Positions 28,283-38,776 of a stretch of 64,000 nt of DNA are shown piece by piece. Source of the DNA: a virus; the IMG/VR virus record IMGVR_UViG_3300045988_180190; one strand, given 5' to 3'. Position 1 is the first letter of the stretch, and each line of letters opens with the position of its first letter. Below the pieces are notes generated by a model. The model was not told where the DNA came from, did no database searches, and worked only from the letters and a program-made list of their open reading frames with translations. A program made the position numbers and the translations under genes.

Positions 28283-30688
28283 CTACAAATTATCGGGGAT
28301 AAAAACGCAATATTGATTTTCACACTGGCTTGAGCATTCGCCATCAAGAGTTATAGATAAAGACGAACCTCCGCCTCCACCCATCCAGTCTGCACACATA
28401 CAAACCGCCATAGCATTATGAGCAATGACCGCCTGCCTATCTGCATTTGTTGGTGTATCCGCAAAATACGTATTAGCTGGTATTTCAGGTGGATTTATAT
28501 TATTAGAAAAAGGTACACAGCTTCCAATTTTTACAGAACAGTCCTCCTCGTAAATTGTAATATTTCCATACAAGCAACTAATGCTAGATCTGGCTTGAGC
28601 TAGAGCCTGCTCGTTTACAAGTCCTTGAATATCCGAGGGAGTCATCACGGAACCTTCATCTATTGTATCCTGGTAAAGTTCTATAAAAGATTTTGCCGCA
28701 ACTGACGCAGAAACAATACCTACACTTTCATCTGCAAGACGCTCGGTAATTTGAGAGTAACCGCCTGTGTTCTGTTGGGAGTTAAACGGATATCCTTCTG
28801 ACTCAACGGAAGTTATGGAACACTGATCTGAACTTGAAGTAAAGTTATACTTGGCAGATATTGGACTATCCGCATTGTGAACACATGCGGAGGAAGAATA
28901 GCTATTAGCTCCTTCTCCGGTGGGATAATTCGCTATGCCCATTGGATAACATTGCCATGGGTCATATGTAACGGATACGTTCTCAGTGGGACCTTTAACT
29001 TTCTGATCCTGCGGATAATCATGCTCCCAAAGAAATACGCCGTCCGGATAAAATGATCTGCGATACTGCAATCCCGCATCGGAGAGATAATCCTGAACGC
29101 TCATTGCTAGCTTAAGTTGGCTGTCTGGAACGTCGGTATTCACTGCTTTTGCTATAATAAGATTATTAGCATTATTAGTGATATAAAATCTAAAGTAGTT
29201 TGTGGTGTCCCCTATGTTCTCGGTATCCCTAAATATTATAACGTCACCAGAATTCTCTGCGGCTGTCTGTGCTGTTAATTTATCGCAATATAGGTTAATC
29301 GTATTATTATAAATTCCGCAATTATATGAGGTATAAGCACTCTTTCTTTGGTCAATCTGTTCGTATATATTATTATAAATAGTCCGAGCACTACTGTTGG
29401 ATAACTCAAAATTTAATATATATGAATGTTTTCCAGAAGAAACCGGACTAGAAGGTGTCAGTGTCATGTCAGATGTATTTTCGGATATGACAAAGATATT
29501 TGAATCTATTGTAGAATTTATATCATCATCTATCATAGACTCATAACCCGTAGGGCAACTTATAGATAACGCAGTATTTCCGTAGTTACAAGTAGAAGCA
29601 CTTTGTAGTGCTGTCTTGGCTTGCTGATTTACCGAAGTTAATAAGTCGTAGGCAAGCTCTTTTAATTTTGTCTCAATTTCAGAGGTATCCCCATATAATT
29701 TTAAATTCCAGTTTTGATTCACAAAAAAAGCACTATAGAAAGTCGATAGGTTCTTAACAAAACTTCCTATAGGCATTATTTGGGGATCTCCTAAAACATT
29801 TTGAACTAAATTACCTTGATTTATTGAATCAGGCAAAGAACCACAGGAAACTTCATATCTTTCATTACCATAAGTACAAGATAGCCCACTTACGGCTCTT
29901 GCAAATAATTGAGATTTTAATGATTTATCGTAGGAATTAAAATTATTATTAGCTGTCCTTATATTTCCTTGGGCAGTTACTTCAAGATCATCTGAGTTAA
30001 AATTAACTGTAATATCTCCTTCAGGAATAATGGATTTCCTGGAACCTATGGTCAAAGATTCTAGATCAATCGAAGTCTGATCTTCTTCTGACTGCGCCTC
30101 AGAGGGACACTCTAACTCGTATGGGTTGTTCTCATAACCGCAGACTATCTGAGATAGAGCAAGTTCTTTAGCAAGAATATTCATTTCCAGCTGGGTTGAT
30201 TCCTGGCGGGAACTGGTTGGATTTCTAAGCGTAGTAATAAATGTTCCCTTCCCTATGGTTACGCTATCATTCAAAAATCCATAATATTTCGTGTCCGCTT
30301 GGCTAAAATAATCATCATAAGCTTCTTTGCATGTTATAGTTATTTCATCATTCCCTACTGGAACTATAACATCTGGTTTAATATTAACCTCCGGTGTGGC
30401 ATCCGGTACAACTAACCCTGTATCATCCAATACACAAGGATTATATGGATTTGGATCACAAGAATTATTCTTTCTTAATGCGCGAAATTCTTCTATAATC
30501 TTTTTCACCTTAGACCTTGGATAATTACCTGAAGGTGAAATAGCTGAGTCTATACCACAATCATTTAAAGCTTCTGTCTTTTCAGACAGAGTGGTGAGGT
30601 ATTTTAAATGCTTATTAGATTCAGATTTTAAGGTGTTATCTGAATCATTAAGATTTCCGTTTTGATTTACATTAAAACTCTTTGCCAT
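28283..30688 (-). CDS. very large Cys-rich repeat protein (801 aa)
   Basis: Five spaced copies of helix + C-x-Y-(G/E/N)-N-x6-C (CGYENNPYELEC, CTYGNERYEVSC, CNYGNTALSISC, CGIYNNTINLYC, CLYGNITIYEEDC). G5 linker near the C-terminus. Confidence 0.8.
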   Translation of the reverse strand: MAKSFNVNQNGNLNDSDNTLKSESNKHLKYLTTLSEKTEALNDCGIDSAISPSGNYPRSKVKKIIEEFRALRKNNSCDPNPYNPCVLDDTGLVVPDATPEVNIKPDVIVPVGNDEITITCKEAYDDYFSQADTKYYGFLNDSVTIGKGTFITTLRNPTSSRQESTQLEMNILAKELALSQIVCGYENNPYELECPSEAQSEEDQTSIDLESLTIGSRKSIIPEGDITVNFNSDDLEVTAQGNIRTANNNFNSYDKSLKSQLFARAVSGLSCTYGNERYEVSCGSLPDSINQGNLVQNVLGDPQIMPIGSFVKNLSTFYSAFFVNQNWNLKLYGDTSEIETKLKELAYDLLTSVNQQAKTALQSASTCNYGNTALSISCPTGYESMIDDDINSTIDSNIFVISENTSDMTLTPSSPVSSGKHSYILNFELSNSSARTIYNNIYEQIDQRKSAYTSYNCGIYNNTINLYCDKLTAQTAAENSGDVIIFRDTENIGDTTNYFRFYITNNANNLIIAKAVNTDVPDSQLKLAMSVQDYLSDAGLQYRRSFYPDGVFLWEHDYPQDQKVKGPTENVSVTYDPWQCYPMGIANYPTGEGANSYSSSACVHNADSPISAKYNFTSSSDQCSITSVESEGYPFNSQQNTGGYSQITERLADESVGIVSASVAAKSFIELYQDTIDEGSVMTPSDIQGLVNEQALAQARSSISCLYGNITIYEEDCSVKIGSCVPFSNNINPPEIPANTYFADTPTNADRQAVIAHNAMAVCMCADWMGGGGGSSLSITLDGECSSQCENQYCVFIPDNL

Positions 30689-30759
30689 GTAACAAAAAAA
30701 TAAAGGTGGTATTATATCTCATACACTACCCAAAAACTCAATCGCCCACTTGTCAACTC

Positions 30760-32211
30760 TTAAATTTCTACTCGTGTAAATCCAAGTTCTGTACTTAAAT
30801 TTCCAGCCGACAAATTATGGCTTACAGTAGATAATATACCTTTAAACAATTTTCCTCCTCCCCGAGCACTGACTTGCACGAAATCTCCAATATCTGCATC
30901 TATATTTGACATAAATGGGCACACAAGCCCCGCAACCGAGGTGGAATACTTATGCTTAAAAAATTCCTGTCTAGCTAAATACGATAAAGTTTCATTGCTG
31001 GATTTTATATTTTTCTCTGCTTGTTTTATTGCTTTATTAGCTGTCTCGATTGTTTGACTAGGGTTCCTTGCTGCATCTGGATCTGTGGTAGTATTGCTAT
31101 CTACTCCTACAGTATACCCCACAGAAAACCATCCCGGAGCCTCTAAGTTATATACCCTTCCTAATTTTTCTTCTGCCTTTTCCGGATAGCTGGCTGAAAT
31201 CCAAGTAGTATAACCGTTTGTAATTTTATTTTGTTCAACAATAACAGGTGACTCAGCTACGACAATGGTTGGAGGAAGATCATTACCCAAAGCACGCCCA
31301 ACGGATAATTTTGCGGTAGTAACTGGTAATGACAATTCAGTTTGGTCACTTCCTTCATAGTCCCAACTCTTAAATATTCCCATATCCCCTGTTTTATGAT
31401 TTGGAATATACCACAATAAGAATTCAGAGGATAGTTGATTTAATAATTTCGAAAAAATTCCTCCACCCCTATCAAATATACAACTTGCTATCGTATTATC
31501 TATTGCGCGACTAACAGTATCATTTATATTAGCATTTCCGTTTAATATTGCAGTAGTGTCGTCGCTTTGGGTTAAAAATTGTCTAGCATATCTAAAAAAA
31601 GAATCATTAATACCCTTCTGGGATTCTAATGCAGCTAAAGTTCCGTTAGATAATCCCACTGAGGATATTTGATATTGATTCTTCGCGTTTGACACCAGAT
31701 CCAAGACACGCTTCGCCACGGAAGCATTATTCCCTCCTGTATTTTTTAGCTGCCACACCCAAAAGTGATCTTGAGACTTAGAACCTTTATAGTCTGAAGC
31801 TATATTGTACATTTCTTGATTCAAATCTATAAATTTCATGTACAGAGAAGGGTCCACTAAGTCTACTAGAATATCCGGGCTGGTTGCAGATATCGAAGCT
31901 ATTAAGCCTCCTGAAGTTGAAGCTACAATATCACAAGAGGTGACTACAAGTTTTGAATAAGAAATTTCACTTGACTCCCCATCGTACATACTCAATTGCA
32001 AATCACCCACTGAAGGATCCTCAAAAATCTTAGACTGCATCGTTTTACCTAAGTCCATAATATCCTTAGTAGTGAGTATGCTACCGTCAGTGTCCCCGGA
32101 ACACACTGTTGCAGTCACTGCAATTGGGCGGTTAAGAATGCAACTTACACTTGCGGATACACACTTATATCCGTTTACTGTTACAGTAGGCTTACGTAAA
32201 ATCTCTTCCAT
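30760..32211 (-). CDS. tail/baseplate hub-region protein (483 aa)
   Basis: Start moved to the ATG at 32211-32209 (MEEILRKP). Function assigned from position downstream of the tape-measure-like gene only. Confidence 0.7.
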   Translation of the reverse strand: MEEILRKPTVTVNGYKCVSASVSCILNRPIAVTATVCSGDTDGSILTTKDIMDLGKTMQSKIFEDPSVGDLQLSMYDGESSEISYSKLVVTSCDIVASTSGGLIASISATSPDILVDLVDPSLYMKFIDLNQEMYNIASDYKGSKSQDHFWVWQLKNTGGNNASVAKRVLDLVSNAKNQYQISSVGLSNGTLAALESQKGINDSFFRYARQFLTQSDDTTAILNGNANINDTVSRAIDNTIASCIFDRGGGIFSKLLNQLSSEFLLWYIPNHKTGDMGIFKSWDYEGSDQTELSLPVTTAKLSVGRALGNDLPPTIVVAESPVIVEQNKITNGYTTWISASYPEKAEEKLGRVYNLEAPGWFSVGYTVGVDSNTTTDPDAARNPSQTIETANKAIKQAEKNIKSSNETLSYLARQEFFKHKYSTSVAGLVCPFMSNIDADIGDFVQVSARGGGKLFKGILSTVSHNLSAGNLSTELGFTRVEI

Positions 32212-32216
32212 GAAAT

Positions 32217-32657
32217 CTAATCTTCGGTATAAAATTTTGTCTGTAATGCCACCGATAGAAGGACCCAGCACAACTTTTCTTCAAATGTATCAGCAGCTAT
32301 ATAATCTGAAAAATATCCGGCTTCCGATAATACCTCGCGTAGTGCCTTAGCGTCAATCCCTTCGAGAATTTGTCTTGGTGTTTTAATGGTATCCAACTGT
32401 CCATTAGAAGCAAAAGGGATCAAAGCTGGGATATAAGTTTTATTTTGCCAGTTAATTGGATCTAATTTTTCCTCTATCCACGGAAATGCGTTCATATAGG
32501 ATATATACATTCTATTGTATATATCGTTATTAGTATTTAATTCCTTAAAAACAATACCTAAGCTAGAACCTTCTTCGGGCAACTGCGTGTTATTAAGTAC
32601 GACATTGTCCCCCATGAAATCCTTTGTGGATATATTATGAAAAAATACGTTAATCAT
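32217..32657 (-). CDS. hypothetical tail protein (146 aa)
   Basis: ATG at 32657-32655, tightly packed with its neighbours. Confidence 0.7.
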   Translation of the reverse strand: MINVFFHNISTKDFMGDNVVLNNTQLPEEGSSLGIVFKELNTNNDIYNRMYISYMNAFPWIEEKLDPINWQNKTYIPALIPFASNGQLDTIKTPRQILEGIDAKALREVLSEAGYFSDYIAADTFEEKLCWVLLSVALQTKFYTED

Positions 32658-32661
32658 AGAA

Positions 32662-33102
32662 TTAATCTAAACTTATACCGGATAAAGAGAAAGTCAAAAT
32701 ATTAAATTTATCGTCTACGCCAGTTATGCCATAACCAGTTAATAAAAATTTATGTGTACCATCCCCTCTTGTGGATAAAGTAATTGGTTTACCCAGTTGA
32801 GAAAATCTATTTTCGTTAAAGTAACTCTGTATAGTACCTTCGGTTTTGGCAGGGGAAGTTACCGGACCTAATAATGCAAGTCCATCTACGTGCGTTTGCC
32901 CAAATGCCTTTCCAGTTGCCGAGGCTATTCTGATATCGTTAAAGCATAAATTGGTAGCAACATTATCCGTACCCTGGGTATTTGCACCTACAATAAACAA
33001 TCCTTTTCCAGATATCGATGGATTTAATTGATAATACGCGCTACCACCGGATTTATAAATCAAGTAGTAGCATCCTTTTGTTCCAAAAAAACTTCTTGCC
33101 AT
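32662..33102 (-). CDS. hypothetical tail protein (146 aa)
   Basis: ATG at 33102-33100. Looks beta-rich. Confidence 0.7.
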   Translation of the reverse strand: MARSFFGTKGCYYLIYKSGGSAYYQLNPSISGKGLFIVGANTQGTDNVATNLCFNDIRIASATGKAFGQTHVDGLALLGPVTSPAKTEGTIQSYFNENRFSQLGKPITLSTRGDGTHKFLLTGYGITGVDDKFNILTFSLSGISLD

Positions 33103-33121
33103 AAATATAAGTCTTTAAATA

Positions 33122-35062
33122 TTACTTTCCTGCATTCTGATTTTGTTCTTTGTTCGAAAGAGTAGCATTGCCGTTGTTATTAGTGAAATAATTATATATT
33201 TTATCAATTAAATTCACAAGTTTTTGCAATACATCCACCAAACCAGGCTGTTCTTCCTTTTTCTCCGTCTCTTGGGATTTATTATAGTTTTCTACTGCTT
33301 TTTGATCCATAGAATGGGTGATTCCATAGCGGTCAAGGAAGTAATCTCTGCCATCCTCTCCAGATATCTTTATTTGATCAACATCTTTAAATGCTTCAGA
33401 TTCAAATAATTTATACATCTTTTGCTCGTCATACCCCATTTTCTTAAGAGCCTCAGGGATATAATCTTTTTCTTCTTGCATTAAACCAGTACCTGCTTCT
33501 ACATTATAGTCATATAGATTTTTAAAGTCTTCCGCTGACATGATATCAAGTTTTGATACCTGTTTTGCACCTAGCACATTCATAATCGCGGCATTTTCTC
33601 GCGTTTTACGCTCACGTTGCTGCGATGATTTACTAAGTGTTCTTAATTGAGAGGCAATACCTGGGTCCACCATTTCCAGAAACTTATACTCGTCTTCCGA
33701 AGCTGTTCCCGCATAAACCTTTTCAGCTATACCCACTATTTCTTTACCTTGCTTTTCCCCATAATCTTGAATGGCATTAATCGCTAAACCTTCCATTAAT
33801 TGATTCTTAATGGCTTGATCTTTTGTTCTGTTAACGACATCACCGAATCGGGTAGAGGCAGCCTGGCTCGCAAGTTTGGAGGGATCCTGGGAACCTCTTG
33901 CCATCAATCCTCGTTGTATTCTTGCAAAATCCTCATAGTTGTTCCCCAATATATCTCTTAAATTATTTTCTGTGAGATTACCATTAACCATTAACTGGTT
34001 AATTTCAGCAAGTTGTTCATCACTCACAGCTCCCTTTGCAGCCATAGCTTCTAATGCAACTGCTCTAGCATTTAAAGCTATACCTCCTTGTTGCGTATCC
34101 ACAACGCGTTTCATTGCCACATATTTATTTGACTCAGTAGCCGCGTTGTAGTCTACTCCCTTCGAAGACATCTCCTTGGATACGGAGAACGCAGCAGCCG
34201 TGGCATCCCTGGCATACATAGACGCAACATTAGCATCGTAACCGGCAGCCATTAAATTTTGTATCTGCCCATTGGCATGTGATACAGCACTTTGAATATC
34301 TGCCATCTCAAGACCATCAGCCACTAGCTTAGATATGTATGACTTAAATGTTTTCGCAGCTTCCTCAAAGTTTTTGCCTTTGCCACCTCCCAGTATGGAT
34401 ACCTGATTGAGAATTGCGTAAACATCATCACCCATTCCAAGTATATTCTTCCCTATGGACAAAGTCTCCATAGCGGCTTCCATAACCTGCCCGCTTTTAT
34501 CTTTTATGCCTTCTACATTTGTTACTTCTTCGCTGCTAATAGCCCCAGACTGATTTAGCCAGTTAGCAGCTAGAAACACATGAGATTGATTTAGACCTTT
34601 TTTAAACGGAGAGGTTCCATCGGCAAAATTTTTCCAATATTCTTGCAAGTTTGTGCCCACCATAAGAGCATCTAACTCTGCTTTAGGCGTGCGAAGCATT
34701 CCATAGTCTCTGCGACCTATAATCTTTGCAGCTTCCTGCGCTATTCTGACATCACTTCCCCCCATAAGCGACGCTATAAGTGGATTCATTGAAGCTAAAT
34801 TTCCAATGGCTGACAAAGTTGGGGAATTAGATAGTCCTGATATAGAAGCTAGAATTCCCGGACCTCCACGGCTGGAATTATCTGCCACAACTCCATTAAT
34901 AGCATCTCGTATGGCTTCAGAAGCTACCGAAGACACACCAGTTGTAATAGAAGGGTCACGAAAAAAATTTGAAGCAGCCTCTAGAGCTCCCCTTATGAGT
35001 TCATCAAAATTAAAATTTTCGAATCCACCAGAACCCGAATTACTTGTCGTTGTGTCATCCAT
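33122..35062 (-). CDS. tape-measure-like protein (646 aa)
   Basis: Long Ala/Gly/Met-rich, apparently helical protein between putative chaperone-position ORFs and baseplate genes. No lytic domain recognised. Call rests on position and composition. Confidence 0.7.
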   Translation of the reverse strand: MDDTTTSNSGSGGFENFNFDELIRGALEAASNFFRDPSITTGVSSVASEAIRDAINGVVADNSSRGGPGILASISGLSNSPTLSAIGNLASMNPLIASLMGGSDVRIAQEAAKIIGRRDYGMLRTPKAELDALMVGTNLQEYWKNFADGTSPFKKGLNQSHVFLAANWLNQSGAISSEEVTNVEGIKDKSGQVMEAAMETLSIGKNILGMGDDVYAILNQVSILGGGKGKNFEEAAKTFKSYISKLVADGLEMADIQSAVSHANGQIQNLMAAGYDANVASMYARDATAAAFSVSKEMSSKGVDYNAATESNKYVAMKRVVDTQQGGIALNARAVALEAMAAKGAVSDEQLAEINQLMVNGNLTENNLRDILGNNYEDFARIQRGLMARGSQDPSKLASQAASTRFGDVVNRTKDQAIKNQLMEGLAINAIQDYGEKQGKEIVGIAEKVYAGTASEDEYKFLEMVDPGIASQLRTLSKSSQQRERKTRENAAIMNVLGAKQVSKLDIMSAEDFKNLYDYNVEAGTGLMQEEKDYIPEALKKMGYDEQKMYKLFESEAFKDVDQIKISGEDGRDYFLDRYGITHSMDQKAVENYNKSQETEKKEEQPGLVDVLQKLVNLIDKIYNYFTNNNGNATLSNKEQNQNAGK

Positions 35063-35327
35063 GCGGTACTTGTTGCGGTTTTTTCATTTTTACTAACCCT
35101 GCTTTATCTAAAGTATCAAACAGTTTAAGCATTTCATCGATCTCTGGAACTCCGGTAAGTCCTAGACGTTTGAAAATTTTATCCTTTATCTTATCATGTT
35201 TTAATGCCTCGACATTATGGGTCTTTAAATTAAAAATTGTATCAATTTTTTTGTTAATATTAAGAATATTCTGCTGTACTTGCAAGTCTCCTGTGCTATT
35301 AGCTAAACTATTAACACCTATATCCAC
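35055..35327 (-). CDS. hypothetical protein (90 aa), tail-chaperone position
   Basis: Only a GTG start is available (35327-35325). Overlaps the next gene by 8 nt. Confidence 0.5.
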   Translation of the reverse strand: MDIGVNSLANSTGDLQVQQNILNINKKIDTIFNLKTHNVEALKHDKIKDKIFKRLGLTGVPEIDEMLKLFDTLDKAGLVKMKKPQQVPHG

Positions 35328-35431
35328 GCTAACTTGATTTCCTAAAATATTAAATTGGCGTGTAAGTGCTTTAAATATAACTAAATTCTTAACAAAAGAA
35401 TGCCTACTTATAATATCTGGTTTAAAGTAAC

Positions 35432-35470
35432 CCCCTAAATAAAGTGTAAGCCAAATTCGATATTTAGGGG
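35432..35470 (-). terminator. hairpin directly after the 267-aa gene (possible terminator or attenuator)
   Basis: CCCCTAAATA (35432-35441) pairs with TATTTAGGGG (35461-35470) around a 19-nt loop. It starts 3 nt after the TAA at 35474-35476. The downstream T content is modest. Confidence 0.4.
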
Positions 35471-35473
35471 TAC

Positions 35474-36277
35474 TTAAAAATCTTCATTAGCAACAAATTC
35501 AGCCAATAACTGCTGCTTTTTTTCAAAAATACAAGCAGCGTCTATAATTAGAGACCAAAGTTGTTGATTAATCGAGCTTAAAGCTGCTATTCTTTGGTTG
35601 AGTACATCCACATAATCCATATAAGAGATATAATGAGAATCTACGTCATAGAGTGGAAAATCAACTTTAAAGAACGGTTTGTAATTTAATGAAGTAAGCA
35701 TAACAGCTACGTTTGACTTAAATACAAAAATACACAGCTCATCAGGTGTCATTTCCTTACCCCTATCGGATAAAATAACTTGTTTTATATAACGAGAAAT
35801 AAATTCTTGTTCGTATACATATTTTGACCTAAATGTCAGTACAAAGTTAAGTTTTGGATAATTAATATCTAATTCAAATGGAGAATCACTCAGTAGCTTA
35901 GATATATAAATATCTTTTTCCGTATCCGATATAGTTACACGCTCCAATTTCTTAGATAATCTATCTGAATTTAAATACTGCACATTTGAAAATGCGGCAT
36001 CCTTATCCATATGAAAACGATTAGCTTTTTCCCCCGCCTTTTCCGAAGCTTCTTCATTTTTTATAAGATCCTCCGCTGCGTCTCTATTCAGCTTCAGCGT
36101 ATCGATATAATCCTTAGCTAGCTCCTTATCTATATTGATTTGGGTAGTATTCTCGTCTATCTGAGTAACAGTAGCCTTATCTTTCGATTGATTTTGAGTA
36201 ATATAATTTACTATCTCATCTGCTGTTATATTCAGATTATCGTTTGTATCTTGTTGTATTTTAATGTTGTTTTCCAT
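35474..36277 (-). CDS. hypothetical protein (267 aa), tail-chaperone position
   Basis: ATG at 36277-36275, 2 nt after the upstream stop. Confidence 0.7.
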   Translation of the reverse strand: MENNIKIQQDTNDNLNITADEIVNYITQNQSKDKATVTQIDENTTQINIDKELAKDYIDTLKLNRDAAEDLIKNEEASEKAGEKANRFHMDKDAAFSNVQYLNSDRLSKKLERVTISDTEKDIYISKLLSDSPFELDINYPKLNFVLTFRSKYVYEQEFISRYIKQVILSDRGKEMTPDELCIFVFKSNVAVMLTSLNYKPFFKVDFPLYDVDSHYISYMDYVDVLNQRIAALSSINQQLWSLIIDAACIFEKKQQLLAEFVANEDF

Positions 36278-36279
36278 AA

Positions 36280-38697
36280 TTAATTAATAAACGTGTCTGG
36301 GTTATATTGTTTTAATGAATACATTGTTTTTTCAATTTCATTGTTGTTTGTCAACAATTCTTTACCCTTATACTTTGTAGGAGAGTTTAAATCTTTATTA
36401 GTAGGTACATATGTATTTATTTTTACATTCTTACCAGGATAAGGGGTATTTCTTTCGTTTACTGAAAAATCATCTGTTAATTCTGACATGTCAAATGACT
36501 GGTATCCTTCTGCCGGAGAATCTATATATTGGTAAGTTAAAGGATTAAACAACTTATTTTCACCAGAGTCCAGCTGAGTATTATAATACATTGTGTCTCT
36601 ATATACAAATTGTGCATTATATGTATTAAACCATCCGCTCTCTTGATTGGAATAAGCATATTTCTCCATTTGATCTACATCGCTAGCGTCTGAGTTACTT
36701 GTTTTCTCAAATCCTGTACCACTTGGATAATTTGCAGCATTTGGATCATAATTTACCAAGGTCTCCTGTTCAGAACCCATAACTACAGCTGGCTTACGCT
36801 GTTGTGTGTAAATTGACTTAGCATAAAATACGTTAGCCATGGATTTAATAGCGTTTAATTTTAAAGTATATCCAATTACGCTTAATGCTTTTCCAACAAC
36901 AAACTGCCCTATTCCAGAAACTAGGTCAAATAAAACATACCGACATCTATTAGCGTAGTAATAAGCGTCAGAAAATATTGTTCCATTTGTACGCAAACTA
37001 ATATCAGAACCTGTATCTTTAGTAGCACCACCGTGGGAAGTGGTTAAGATGATGCCGCTGCCATTAGCATTTTTCAAACGTTTTTCATATTCTTCATCTT
37101 CCCCTCCCGATTGATCTTTTTCCATTGCAGATTCTATTACTATTGCCCCTTTGGAGCAAAAAGCCTCTAGCCATGTTCTAGCTTTTAATAAAATTCCCTT
37201 AAACATAGCAGATAATTCTATATTATTTCCAGCATTAGCCGTAATATCTCTTCCTGCTGACAAATTTATATTCTCTGCGGCACATAAGTTAATAGATTTT
37301 GAGGAGCTAATATTTACACTTCCCCCTGACATATGTATGGCACTTCCGTAAGCATCATACAAAACAATAGAACCATCCTTAAATATACGAATTGTAGCAT
37401 AGGACTCAAGCATCTGGTTAAATTGAGTAGTATAATTTCCACCGGTATTACTTTTTTGGAAATTTCTGTCTTTGCAATAGGGGTCTGGAGGTGGAGATTC
37501 AGACTCACGAGGAACATCAAATACATTCGCAGCATAGAATCCGGCTAATGCGTAGTAATTGCTAAGCCATTTTGCATAGTCTGCTAATTTGTATGAAGTT
37601 TCGTATAATTCTTCACCGTCAAGAGGTGTCCAAACCTCGTAGGCATCCAGGTGGTCTTCTGTGGCAGCCTGTATAGACTCCAACCTATCCTTTGCTACAG
37701 GAACTGGTATTCTAACAGTCTTTTCAAATACAATATCACTTATAGACTGCATTATGACGGATCCATCTTGATTTACATGAAAATTATAACGTCCTGCTTT
37801 ATATTTCTCGGAGTCGGATTCCGTAACTAAATTCTTACCTGGATCTGTAATATAAGTATGAATAAAATTACCTATCTTACCGATAAACTTAGTAAATCTC
37901 CATCTAGCATCCCACAAGAAATTACTTTCGTCTTCAGTATCTATTTTAATATTATCTTTAGAAGTAATCTGAATTCCATCGATAGGCTCCCCCTCTTGGG
38001 AGTTTCCCAAAGCCTCATATTCATTAGAGGTCCCTTGCCATAAAACATTTAACCCACCTCCAGAATTTATTATTTTAAAGTCACCAAAAGAAGTTAGATG
38101 CTCATAATTTCGACTTAATATTCTAACTAGGTCATCAAGAATATAAGTTTCTATCATAGCTAATTCGGAGCCTTTCATACGACATAAATTATATAAAAAT
38201 TCTACACCAGCTCCAGTTTTAGTTACATAAGATGACTCACCATCCACTAGATTAATAGGATAAGTTCCTGTGGTGCGCAAAACGCCACGTTTATCATTTT
38301 CTTCTCTCTGTTCTAAAGCAATTCCTCCAAAATTACTTTTATCTGAACCTGTATAGTTAGTGAATGCAAGTTTACTATCTATTTTCTGTGTAGCAGAAGG
38401 AAGAAATCCTATAACATAATTTGCCTGAGAATTATTTTTGGTGGTACAAGAAAGTACCAACACTTCTGAACCCTTTTCAGGAAAGGTCATACTGGATAAC
38501 CCGAGCATTTGCGTAAACATATTAACCACAATAATAGCGGTTGTAGGTATCATTCTCTCATCTTTTACAATGACAGAATTTTGATTTGGGTTAACACTTT
38601 GAACCTTTGCGGTAAATAAGTGCGTGTTGGGGATATTGCTATCAGAAATGCTATGATTCTGATTTGCACGTAATGGTGAATCTATAATATTTGACAT
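36280..38697 (-). CDS. baseplate central spike / hub protein, gp5-VgrG-like (805 aa)
   Basis: Start moved to the ATG at 38697-38695 (MSNIIDS). The N-terminal OB-fold signature HLFTAKVQSVNPNQNSVIVKD...FPEKGSEVLVL...ANYVIGFLPS resembles phage_base_V/gp5. A later beta-helix-like repeat is SVNISSSKSINLCAAENINLSAGRDITANAGNNIELSA. Confidence 0.7.
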   Translation of the reverse strand: MSNIIDSPLRANQNHSISDSNIPNTHLFTAKVQSVNPNQNSVIVKDERMIPTTAIIVVNMFTQMLGLSSMTFPEKGSEVLVLSCTTKNNSQANYVIGFLPSATQKIDSKLAFTNYTGSDKSNFGGIALEQREENDKRGVLRTTGTYPINLVDGESSYVTKTGAGVEFLYNLCRMKGSELAMIETYILDDLVRILSRNYEHLTSFGDFKIINSGGGLNVLWQGTSNEYEALGNSQEGEPIDGIQITSKDNIKIDTEDESNFLWDARWRFTKFIGKIGNFIHTYITDPGKNLVTESDSEKYKAGRYNFHVNQDGSVIMQSISDIVFEKTVRIPVPVAKDRLESIQAATEDHLDAYEVWTPLDGEELYETSYKLADYAKWLSNYYALAGFYAANVFDVPRESESPPPDPYCKDRNFQKSNTGGNYTTQFNQMLESYATIRIFKDGSIVLYDAYGSAIHMSGGSVNISSSKSINLCAAENINLSAGRDITANAGNNIELSAMFKGILLKARTWLEAFCSKGAIVIESAMEKDQSGGEDEEYEKRLKNANGSGIILTTSHGGATKDTGSDISLRTNGTIFSDAYYYANRCRYVLFDLVSGIGQFVVGKALSVIGYTLKLNAIKSMANVFYAKSIYTQQRKPAVVMGSEQETLVNYDPNAANYPSGTGFEKTSNSDASDVDQMEKYAYSNQESGWFNTYNAQFVYRDTMYYNTQLDSGENKLFNPLTYQYIDSPAEGYQSFDMSELTDDFSVNERNTPYPGKNVKINTYVPTNKDLNSPTKYKGKELLTNNNEIEKTMYSLKQYNPDTFIN

Positions 38698-38740
38698 ATC
38701 CGATAATCTATATAGCAATTATTATATTGCTTTAATCAAT

Positions 38741-38776
38741 ATACAAAACAACCTTGAGAAAAAAATCTCAAGGTTG
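38741..38776 (-). terminator. factor-independent terminator downstream of the sheath/tube genes
   Basis: CAACCTTGAGA (38749-38759) pairs with TCTCAAGGTTG (38766-38776) around an A6/T6 loop. On the minus strand it is followed by TTTTGTAT. Confidence 0.75.

Noticed and set aside
28276-28347. N-terminal extensions in the ORF track that overlap the preceding gene (also 25458-25523, 24712-24735, 20836-20868, 32212-32271, 17175-17216, 38698-38718, 41658-41681, 54450-54470)
   Set aside because: Where I checked the track start codon (20868, 38718, 41681, 54470), it proved to be GTG or TTG. In every case an ATG lies within a few nt of, or overlapping, the upstream stop codon. That arrangement fits the tight translational coupling seen throughout the window.
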